The position numbers and the translations under genes are program-made. Positions 28,576 through 35,564 of a stretch of DNA of 35,564 nt are shown one piece after another. The first letter of the stretch is position 1, and each line of letters starts with the position of its first letter. The DNA lies in the NCBI GenBank assembly GCA_949127705.1, contig CASBQJ010000587.1, forward strand, positions 1 through 35,564, in the 5' to 3' direction. The DNA is from Synechococcales cyanobacterium PMM_0085. Lineage in GTDB: Bacteria; Cyanobacteriota; Cyanobacteriia; Elainellales; Elainellaceae. The notes under the pieces were generated by a model. It ran no database searches. It had not been told where the DNA came from and worked only from the letters and a program-made list of their open reading frames with translations.

Positions 28576-29580
28576 ATGTCAGACACCCTGGTTCAGGCTT
28601 ATCTGCCCCTATTTTTTTGGACGGGTTTAGGGTTGTTATCGTTTCGGTGGGTACCCGATGGGTTTCCTCGCTTCCTCGGGCGCAGCCTCTATTGGGTGGG
28701 GGTGCCACTGCAAATTTTTACATTGGCGCGGCAAACCCATTTTTCTGAACGGGTCGAATTAGCCCCTTCGATGGTAATTTTTTCGTTGCTCAGCGGCCTA
28801 GGGCTGGCCTGGGTTGGGTTGCAGCTAGTGAGGCAGATGTCTGGTGACCTGAGCGCCGAACCTGGTGACCTGAGCGCCGAACCTGCTGCTCATGCGGCGT
28901 TGAACGAAGGATGGCACGATCCTGCCCGCCGGGGGAGTTTTGTGATTGCTTCGATGCTGGGCAATACGGGATTTGTGGGTCTGGCTATAGCGCCTAGTTT
29001 TATTGACGAGTCTTATTTGGGCTGGCTGGTATTTTATAGTGTGACCCAGAATGTGTTGGGTACCTACGGACTGGGTGTATTTTTATCGAGCTATTATGGG
29101 CGATCGCAAAAGCAGCATTGGCTGATCACCCTCCGCGATGTCTTAACCGTGCCCTCGCTATGGGCATTTGGGATTGGGTTCCTCACCCGCACGGTCACAT
29201 TACCCGATGCGGTAGAAGGCGGATTGCAGGGTTCTCTCTGGATCATTATTCCATGTGCGTTGCTGCTGATGGGGTTACGGCTGCGGCAGCTGCATGGTTG
29301 GAAAAGCTTAAAATTAGCCCTGGTGCCAACGGTGATTAAAGTGATTTTGATGCCGATGATCGTTGGGATCGCAGCCGTTTGCTTACACCTGCCCGGTGAT
29401 CCCCGTCTCGCCCTAGTGCTGATGGCGGGGATGCCGACGGCTTTTGCTGGATTAATCCTCGCAGAAGAGTACGATCTGGATCGAGAATTAATTGCTGGTA
29501 GCATCGTGTTGACAACCGCTATGCTGCTGCTAGCAATCCCGCTATGGCTGCTGATCTTTGGAGAACGGGCGATCGCCTAG
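28576..29580 (+). CDS. AEC (auxin efflux carrier / membrane transport protein) family permease
   Basis: The track ORF is 28486..29580; the ATG at 28576 gives MSDTLVQAYLPLFFW.... It has about 10 hydrophobic helices, MLGNTGFVGLAI and AGMPTAF..LILAEEY. It contains an exact 21-bp in-frame duplication (GDLSAEP x2, 28841-28882). Confidence 0.78.
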   Translation: MSDTLVQAYLPLFFWTGLGLLSFRWVPDGFPRFLGRSLYWVGVPLQIFTLARQTHFSERVELAPSMVIFSLLSGLGLAWVGLQLVRQMSGDLSAEPGDLSAEPAAHAALNEGWHDPARRGSFVIASMLGNTGFVGLAIAPSFIDESYLGWLVFYSVTQNVLGTYGLGVFLSSYYGRSQKQHWLITLRDVLTVPSLWAFGIGFLTRTVTLPDAVEGGLQGSLWIIIPCALLLMGLRLRQLHGWKSLKLALVPTVIKVILMPMIVGIAAVCLHLPGDPRLALVLMAGMPTAFAGLILAEEYDLDRELIAGSIVLTTAMLLLAIPLWLLIFGERAIA

Positions 29581-29649
29581 CGTTTGAACGTTTAAAGTTT
29601 AAACCTGCTCGCCTCCAGCATTTGTCCCTACCCCTTTACCCGCCAAACT

Positions 29650-29823
29650 ATGAGTACCCTAGAGCCACCCGGAAATCCAAAAGGCTGGGGCGACCCCGCC
29701 CCCATTGCCATGATTGTGTTGTTAATGGTATTTTTTGGCGCTTGGATTAATCAACTGAATCGGCCATTGTCGGTGCAACAATGCCAAGAAATCTTGCGCC
29801 GCGATGCTCAGCAAAACCCCTAG
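29650..29823 (+). CDS. possible small membrane protein (57 aa; below the ORF-track cutoff)
   Basis: My translation is MSTLEPPGNPKGWGDPAPIAMIVLLMVFFGAWINQLNRPLSVQQCQEILRRDAQQNP*. It has one clear TM helix. There is no obvious SD and no homology check was possible. Confidence 0.3.
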   Translation: MSTLEPPGNPKGWGDPAPIAMIVLLMVFFGAWINQLNRPLSVQQCQEILRRDAQQNP

Positions 29824-29893
29824 GGTTGACATCGATCTGCGCCACGGGGTTGATCAAAATTCTCTATGCCGCAGCGACAGCGGCCAGCATGAC

Positions 29894-30121
29894 TCAGGCT
29901 GTTTCTAGCCAGTCATAGATTTGGTTGAGTTGCTCTAGGGTCACTAATCCGTATTGCCATAAGACCATGGGCATCGGACCTTGATGTTGCTCGCTGTGCT
30001 TTTGGGCGATCGCAATCGATGCGTCTGGCAACAGCAGTTCTTCTCGCAAGAACTGTACAAGTTTTGGATAAGTAGATGGCGTCATCTGATAATCTCGACT
30101 TTCGTCCATGATTTTATTCAA
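29894..30121 (-). CDS. small conserved cyanobacterial protein (possibly DUF2949)
   Basis: 75 aa. ...FLREELLLPDASIAIAQKH.......MPMVLWQYGLVTLEQLNQIYDWLE. The family name is from memory and uncertain. Confidence 0.55.
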   Translation of the reverse strand: MNKIMDESRDYQMTPSTYPKLVQFLREELLLPDASIAIAQKHSEQHQGPMPMVLWQYGLVTLEQLNQIYDWLETA

Positions 30122-30196
30122 TCAGAGTTTTGGAGCGGCTCTAATAAGTTTTGCAAAACCTAGGTGAAGAGACTGTGTGGAAAAAATACTCGGCGA

Positions 30197-30736
30197 TTAC
30201 TGAAAGCGGATGGTAATGCGATCGCCCACCGCTAAACCCAATTCGGCGGCACGTCCCCCCGCTAATTCAATCACCTGATTGACCGCTTCTCGCCGGGGGC
30301 CATAGGTCGGGCAAGGGTTACTGGTACAAGGTTGGGCACTGGCAACGATCGCCTTGATCTCACCGTCTCGCATGAACACCATATCTAGCGGAATCAGCGT
30401 GTCCTGCATCCAAAACTGAACCGAACGCGGGGGTTCAAACGAAAACAACATCCCGCGATCGCCCGGAAGACTGGTGCGATACATCAACCCCATCGCCTGC
30501 TCTTGCGGGGTACGCGCCACCTCAAGCTGAATCACTTGACCCGCCATGTCGGCCTCTGCCGAAAGCGGCAAACGTTGCGCTGGGCTGACCTCTGTCTGCG
30601 GTGTAGCCGCCTCTATTGGAGATGCTCCCATACTAGTGGGAGAGGTGCAGCTCATCAGCAATAGACTCAGCCCCACGCCAAACAATCCAGTTATTGACAC
30701 ACGAGTCAGCTGGATGCAGTGTGCATGTTTGAACAT
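30197..30736 (-). CDS. DUF192 domain protein with a lipoprotein-type signal peptide
   Basis: The DUF192 core reads GLMYRTSLPGDRGMLFSF......FWMQDTLIPLDMVFM.DG.I. The N-terminus GLSLLLMSC is lipobox-like. The track start 30763 would overlap the upstream regulator by 20 nt; the ATG at 30736 lies 7 nt after its stop. Confidence 0.75.
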   Translation of the reverse strand: MFKHAHCIQLTRVSITGLFGVGLSLLLMSCTSPTSMGASPIEAATPQTEVSPAQRLPLSAEADMAGQVIQLEVARTPQEQAMGLMYRTSLPGDRGMLFSFEPPRSVQFWMQDTLIPLDMVFMRDGEIKAIVASAQPCTSNPCPTYGPRREAVNQVIELAGGRAAELGLAVGDRITIRFQ

Positions 30737-30743
30737 GATTGAG

Positions 30744-31439
30744 CTAAGCTTCTCGAAGGACATATCCGACTCCCCGCACGGTTTGAATTAACCGCTTTTC
30801 GCCATCGTCTTCAATTTTTAGGCGCAAATAGCGAATGTAGACTTCAATTACATTAGACTCGCCCATGAAGTCGTAGCCCCAAACGCTTTCTAAGATTTGC
30901 TCCCGCGTCAGCACTTCACGCGGGTGCTCCATCAGGCACTTGAGCAACTCAAATTCTTTCATCGTTAAATCGATCACCCGCTCTTGCCGGATGGCTCGGC
31001 GCGTGGCCAAATCTAATACCAGGTCAGTAAACCGTAATTGCTCGCTGGTGCTGGTGTCGGGTTTGAGGTAGAGCCGAACCAGCCGCAAAAATTCTTCGGT
31101 GCGGTAGGGTTTCAAAAAGTAATCGTCTGCCCCTGCTTCGAGGCAGGCAATCCGATCATCTACTAAATCCCGCGCCATCATTAATAAGACAGGCATCCGC
31201 GCCCCACCTGTCCTGAGGTAGTTGCAAAGGGTTAACCCTGACTCACCTGCCAACATGCGGTCAATCACAATCAAAGAAGGCTGAAACTCTTTTGCTTGGC
31301 GAATTCCAGTGGCATAGTCAACGGCGATCGCCGTTTCATAGCCCGACTCTCTTAAATCGCTGCTGACGTGCTGAGCCAGGGTTTCATCTGTCTCAACCAC
31401 CAAGACGCGAGGACTTTGATCTAACGTTGCGGTGTTCAT
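30744..31439 (-). CDS. OmpR/PhoB-family response regulator with an atypical receiver (NblR-like)
   Basis: 231 aa. The receiver domain has LIVIDRMLAG and GADDYFLKPY. The winged-helix output domain has EFELLKCLMEHP, LTREQILE.VWG and IQTVRGVGYVLR. See the finding for the receiver substitutions. Confidence 0.88.
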   Translation of the reverse strand: MNTATLDQSPRVLVVETDETLAQHVSSDLRESGYETAIAVDYATGIRQAKEFQPSLIVIDRMLAGESGLTLCNYLRTGGARMPVLLMMARDLVDDRIACLEAGADDYFLKPYRTEEFLRLVRLYLKPDTSTSEQLRFTDLVLDLATRRAIRQERVIDLTMKEFELLKCLMEHPREVLTREQILESVWGYDFMGESNVIEVYIRYLRLKIEDDGEKRLIQTVRGVGYVLREA

Positions 31440-31681
31440 ACGTCTCTAGCAGCAATTCTAATCAGTTCTAGCACGAACCGCAAAAACATGGGCGGTGGTT
31501 TACGTATCTTGTTGATCGCCAGAGGCATCCCAGCGCGATCGCCCTGACCCAACGTCCTGCTTCCACAGCCAAGCGGCCGCCGCCAGATTTCGCGCTGGAC
31601 GTGGTTTAATACATCTGTACGACTGCCAAGGGTATACTCGTCTTAGCGACCTTGTCCATCCCAGCCCGATTTCCGCTGCTC

Positions 31682-32899
31682 ATGGCCATTATTTCTTCTA
31701 AGCCATCGTCCCCACAGCCTCCATCAGACGATTCGGAGCCAAAAACCCCTGCGAAATTGCCGGCAAAAGCTAGAGCGGCTAAGGTTACAGCAGCTCAAGC
31801 CACAGCATCTCAAGCCGCATCGCCTCAAGCAGCTTCAAAGACCCCCCTTCAGACTGCGTCTGTTGCCCAGCCTCAGCCAACCGAAGACCTGTTGCAGCCA
31901 GAGGCGATCGCAGAAGAAACAGGCAAACCAGAAGACAGCATTCGCCCCAAGCGCTTAGCCGACTATGTGGGGCAAAAAGATTTGAAAGAAGTGCTGATGA
32001 TTGCCATCCAAGCCGCCAAAGCCCGTCACGAAACCCTCGACCATTTGCTGCTTTATGGCCCACCTGGTTTGGGCAAAACCACCATGTCGCTGATTTTGGC
32101 AGCCGAGATGGAAGTCGATTGCAAAATTACGACCGCTCCAGCCCTAGAGCGCCCGCGCGACATTGTGGGGCTGTTGGTCAACCTCAAGGCTGGGGATCTG
32201 TTATTTATTGACGAAATCCATCGATTGCCCAGGGTGACAGAAGAAATTTTGTATCCAGCTATGGAAGATTCGCGGATTGACATTACCATCGGCAAAGGCC
32301 AAAGTGCCCGCACCCGCAGTTTGCAATTACCCAAATTTACCTTAGTGGGAGCGACGACCAAAGTAGGGGCACTAACGTCACCGTTGCGCGATCGCTTTGG
32401 TCTAGTCCAACGGCTGCGTTTCTACGAAATTGACGAACTCACCCTGATTGTTCAGCGCGCTGCCGACATTTTGCAAACGCCCGTCACCCTTGATGGCGCA
32501 ACCGAAATTGCCCGACGCTCTCGCGGCACGCCCCGGATTGCCAACCGCCTGCTGCGTCGGGTGCGCGACTACACCCAAGTCAAAGGCAGAGGCACCATAA
32601 CGGAGGCGATCGCCGCTGAAGCCCTAGAGCTATTTAACGTTGACCCCTGCGGACTCGACTGGACCGATCGTCGTATGTTGGCGGTGATTATTGAGAACTA
32701 TGGCGGTGGGCCAGTCGGCCTAGAAACCTTGGCTGCTGCCACAGGCGAAGATTCCCAAACCATCGAAGAAGTATATGAACCCTACCTGCTGCAAATTGGC
32801 TATCTCAATCGCACCTCGCGTGGACGGGTAGCAACGGCAGCGGCATGGCGGCATCTGGGCTACACGCCACCCGACAGTCAACTCACGTTCCTCGGCTAA
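31682..32899 (+). CDS. ruvB: Holliday junction branch migration ATPase RuvB, with a low-complexity N-terminal extension
   Basis: [12 protein letters not shown], Walker [10 protein letters not shown], Walker [11 protein letters not shown], and [16 protein letters not shown]. The ATG at 31682 is preferred over the TTG at 31652. Confidence 0.95.
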   Translation: MAIISSKPSSPQPPSDDSEPKTPAKLPAKARAAKVTAAQATASQAASPQAASKTPLQTASVAQPQPTEDLLQPEAIAEETGKPEDSIRPKRLADYVGQKDLKEVLMIAIQAAKARHETLDHLLLYGPPGLGKTTMSLILAAEMEVDCKITTAPALERPRDIVGLLVNLKAGDLLFIDEIHRLPRVTEEILYPAMEDSRIDITIGKGQSARTRSLQLPKFTLVGATTKVGALTSPLRDRFGLVQRLRFYEIDELTLIVQRAADILQTPVTLDGATEIARRSRGTPRIANRLLRRVRDYTQVKGRGTITEAIAAEALELFNVDPCGLDWTDRRMLAVIIENYGGGPVGLETLAAATGEDSQTIEEVYEPYLLQIGYLNRTSRGRVATAAAWRHLGYTPPDSQLTFLG

Positions 32900-32970
32900 A
32901 TTTTGTGCTGACGATTTGGGAGCATGTGACCCTGTCAGAGAAAATAATCAGTTGAGTATAGGTAGCCCGG

Positions 32971-33000
32971 TGTGCCAGACCTTGCGGCACATTTTCTGCT
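32971..33000 (+). terminator. candidate ruvB intrinsic terminator
   Basis: TGTGCC-AGACCTTGC-GGCACA is followed by TTTTCTGCTTT, ~70 nt after the ruvB stop. The stem is short (6 bp). Confidence 0.4.
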
Positions 33001-33490
33001 TTCCACGAAGTTATGGGCTTGTTTGCGATTGATCTCCACGAACAGAGCGAGGGTTTTATTGAGCTGTCCGTGCCATCAATGGGCTTCGGCTTGGCGTAGG
33101 CGCTTGAGTGAACCTGCCACTTTTGCAGATTCTCGGTAAGGGAACTTGCTGGCTGGAACCAATTGGTTGACCTTTAAATCTCATGAGTTTTATTAAGCCG
33201 ACGCTGATTTTTAACCCAACCATTTTGTTTTGGGCGTTCCAGATTCTATGTGACGATTCGATAACGCGAGAATGAGTCCATAGCTATTCTTGATTATTGC
33301 TTCAAGTTAATAGTTGATCTTCAATCCAAAAAAATATGCTTTGGATTATAGCCACCGTCAAAAATTTAAGCAAGAGAACGGCTGCGATCAGCGGCTGTCA
33401 AAATCTTGAACTCAGAACCAGCGATTTCCTTCAGTCTGCTCCAACCGGGTTGTGGTGCCGTGCCATGTACGTCACCACAGTATTACTTGC

Positions 33491-34963
33491 CTAAATGCTT
33501 TTGTTCCAGTATTCTAAACCAGTCAAAATTATATCTTCTAGCCACTGCTTAAAGCGCCCTACTAAATTCTCTTCTTCATCTGCATAGGAAAATTGAAATG
33601 GAGAATCAGCTAGGGTCTGAATATCGCTAATATTGCGTTCGCCCTCCTCAGCATCATCTCTATGATAAGCACAAGCAGTACATACAAGCAGCCCTCGATA
33701 TTCATGTCCAAGAGCATGAAATGAAAGGAGAAGCGTTGTTGATGTTTCTACATTAATAATTAACTGAATCCAGGTATGATACTTCCGAATATTAGCAAAG
33801 TAACCTAATTGTTTAGCGGTTTCCACAATTTGGTAGCGATGATAATAGGAGCGGGGATCGCCAGCATGAGCAGAAATCGTAAAAACCTGTGCATCACTTA
33901 CAAAATTCTGAACAGATAATCTAATCTCATCAGCAACATCCTGTAATCGACTAGAAGCTATATCAAATAAATTTGTGGCAAAATTTTCAGCTTTCTTGCA
34001 CCGCTCTTGAATAGATGCTGACTGGTTTTGTCTCAATTTATCAGCAATAGAGGAAATGATAACCTGAGTTCGGCGTGCCTCCGATAGAACTTGCTCTGAT
34101 AGACCAAGGCTTCTCAGAAAAGCCTGCTTTTGGCTTTTGGCAAACAGGTTAACTAAGCCGGATAAATCACCTTGATCTGCTGCTTCTAGGGCTGCAATAT
34201 AAACTGCTCGATCATCACGAGTGAGAACCAAAGGAAACCAGCTAGATTGAATGAAGACTAGACTCGCTAAACAACGAGCAACACGACCATTACCGTCTTG
34301 AAATGGGTGAATTTGAGCGAACCGATGATGCAGCCATGCTGATTCGATCTCAGGAGGAATTTTTTGGTTGAGATGTTGATGATGTAGCGCAATTAATGTA
34401 TCCATCTCAGATGTAACTTGCTCAGGAGGACAGTACTCATGAACAGTGCCATCTTGTCTTAGAGGATTGTTAGGTTGACGTTTCCAGTCACCTTTGATTA
34501 AGGACACACGGAATATCCTTTCTGTAAGCGGGTCTAAGGCTTCTGTGCTTTCCTGACTTTGAGTTAGAAGTTGATGTAACTGCTTTATGTAAAAGTTTGA
34601 TAGTGTTCTTTGTCCACCTACAAAATCGAATAATCCTTCAATTGCGGCTTCTTGATCCTTAATAAGTGAAACTACTTGTCTAATAGGGCGATCTGTTGCT
34701 CCATGAGGAATTAACGATTCATTGATTCCTTGTTCAATCAACAAACGAGTAATACCGCGATCGATGGTGTATAAACGCTCAATTATTCCAGTTTCAATAG
34801 CTATTTCTCTACGTAGCTTCTCATTGAAAGACTGGAACTCACCAGATTGACGCAAGCGATCTGCCTGCTCGTTCCAAACCGTAACTAGAGGCGGCAACTC
34901 AGAACTTGCCAAATCTTGCCAGTTCGACGGTAAATCTTCTATCGGTTGCCACAACATAAACAT
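33491..34963 (-). CDS. Fic/DOC (Fido) family protein with an unrecognised ~200-aa C-terminal domain
   Basis: 490 aa with an ATG start. Residues 219-230, HPFQDGNGRVAR (nt 34274-34309), match the Fic consensus HxFx(D/E)GNGRxxR at every defined position. The gene is AT-rich and contains no HIP1 site. Confidence 0.9.
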   Translation of the reverse strand: MFMLWQPIEDLPSNWQDLASSELPPLVTVWNEQADRLRQSGEFQSFNEKLRREIAIETGIIERLYTIDRGITRLLIEQGINESLIPHGATDRPIRQVVSLIKDQEAAIEGLFDFVGGQRTLSNFYIKQLHQLLTQSQESTEALDPLTERIFRVSLIKGDWKRQPNNPLRQDGTVHEYCPPEQVTSEMDTLIALHHQHLNQKIPPEIESAWLHHRFAQIHPFQDGNGRVARCLASLVFIQSSWFPLVLTRDDRAVYIAALEAADQGDLSGLVNLFAKSQKQAFLRSLGLSEQVLSEARRTQVIISSIADKLRQNQSASIQERCKKAENFATNLFDIASSRLQDVADEIRLSVQNFVSDAQVFTISAHAGDPRSYYHRYQIVETAKQLGYFANIRKYHTWIQLIINVETSTTLLLSFHALGHEYRGLLVCTACAYHRDDAEEGERNISDIQTLADSPFQFSYADEEENLVGRFKQWLEDIILTGLEYWNKSI

Positions 34964-35113
34964 TTTTCGTGCTGATTTTAAGCTAGTTTGGCACTTACTA
35001 TTTTCTCAACAGCTTTAAGTTCGCTGCGCTGCAACGCCTGAGCATCAACACTGACAGATATATGCTCAACTGTGCCTCTACCAACGACTAAGCGGCACAA
35101 CTTGTTATTAGAC

Positions 35114-35205
35114 GGAAAGTTTCCTCAGATCCATTCTAAATTAGGTGGATAGGTAAATTTTTTCTTGCAATTTTCCTAGATCAGGTGAATCTAAGGAAAG
35201 TTTCC
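35114..35205. promoter_or_regulatory. two identical 11-bp palindromes GGAAAGTTTCC (35114-35124 and 35195-35205), a possible operator pair
   Basis: Read directly. The copies are 81 bp apart centre to centre. They lie in the spacer between the fic start (34963, minus) and the recombinase fragment (35280, plus). Confidence 0.3.
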
Positions 35206-35279
35206 ACATATCTTCATTTGCGTATAGATAAGACCATGAGTGTCATTAATCACATACTTATCATCGCGATCGCATAGTG

Positions 35280-35417
35280 ATGGAACTGCACTTGAAAAAG
35301 CTGCTCGATCAAGTGAAAAATGCGATTCGGCTCAAGCATTGTGCTTATTGTACCGAAAAATATATGTGCAGTGGATTCGGCGCTACATTCTTGTTCTACA
35401 GCAAGGCAAGTATTTGA
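35280..35417 (+). pseudogene. frameshifted N-terminal fragment of a tyrosine recombinase (integron-integrase-like SAM-like domain)
   Basis: Frame A reads MELHLKKLLDQVKNAIRLKHCAYCTEK and frame B continues IYVQWIRRYILV. Together these match the conserved N-terminal pattern LLDQVR.AIR.KHYS.RTE..Y..WI.R.I.FH of phage-integrase SAM-like domains. Stops follow in all frames and no catalytic domain is present downstream. Confidence 0.5.
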
Positions 35418-35564
35418 CACTGTGGGCTTGTCTGTGAAAGTGGTTGCTAAGGCTGAATCACCGATGGACAGTTTTAGGGGTTGACTATGCGACAGGTATA
35501 CCCGTATCCTTGCTAACTAAGGTTGTCAAACGACTACCGAGTCGAGCAACCCGTTTCGCTCCAA

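Noticed and set aside
29544-29750. 68-aa ORF overlapping the transporter 3' end
   Set aside because: It overlaps the transporter stop region out of frame and has an Arg/Pro-rich translation. The alternative 57-aa TM-containing frame (29650..29823) is the more plausible reading of this spacer.
34978-35100. 40-codon TTG-initiated ORF ending 14 nt upstream of the fic ATG, as a possible FicA/VbhA-like antitoxin
   Set aside because: It has only a TTG start, no SD, and no (S/T)xxxE(G/N) inhibitory motif in MCRLVVGRGTVEHISVSVDAQALQRSELKAVEKIVSAKLA. It is too weak to call.
35438-35564. Nested hairpin GGTTG-TCAAA-CGACT-ACCG-AGTCG-AG-CAACC, and a possible minus-strand gene end at the window edge
   Set aside because: The fragment is too short and there is no recognisable protein or RNA motif. 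It needs sequence beyond the window.

Overview
This is a cyanobacterial chromosome segment: it is dense in HIP1 octamers (GCGATCGC) and carries the psaA-psaB operon, psbZ and an ARC6/Ftn2-type division gene. About 33 kb is ordinary core genome. In order it holds: psaAB; a DHH-CBS-CCA-nucleotidyltransferase fusion; psbZ-ribH; tRNA-Gly(GCC); a divergent ProA paralog next to a ureidoglycolate-lyase-like protein; desC; a YnbB-like PLP enzyme; a GT4 glycosyltransferase; a CobE-like protein; an intron-less tRNA-Leu(UAA); an SDR; hemB; a J-TPR-WD40 protein; a CRR7-like protein; pdhA; zipN/ftn2; an AEC transporter; DUF192 plus an NblR-like response regulator; and ruvB. The last ~2.7 kb (32.9-35.6 kb) differs in composition: it is AT-rich and has no HIP1 site until 35266. 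It carries a stand-alone Fic-domain protein with an unrecognised C-terminal domain, twin GGAAAGTTTCC palindromes and a frameshifted tyrosine-recombinase N-terminal fragment. This is the best candidate for an accessory or novel module, but I cannot demonstrate a multi-gene system from sequence alone. A second recurring signal is that most intergenic spacers contain short (10-19 bp), locus-specific tandem duplications. All family assignments rest on motifs read by eye; no database search was run.
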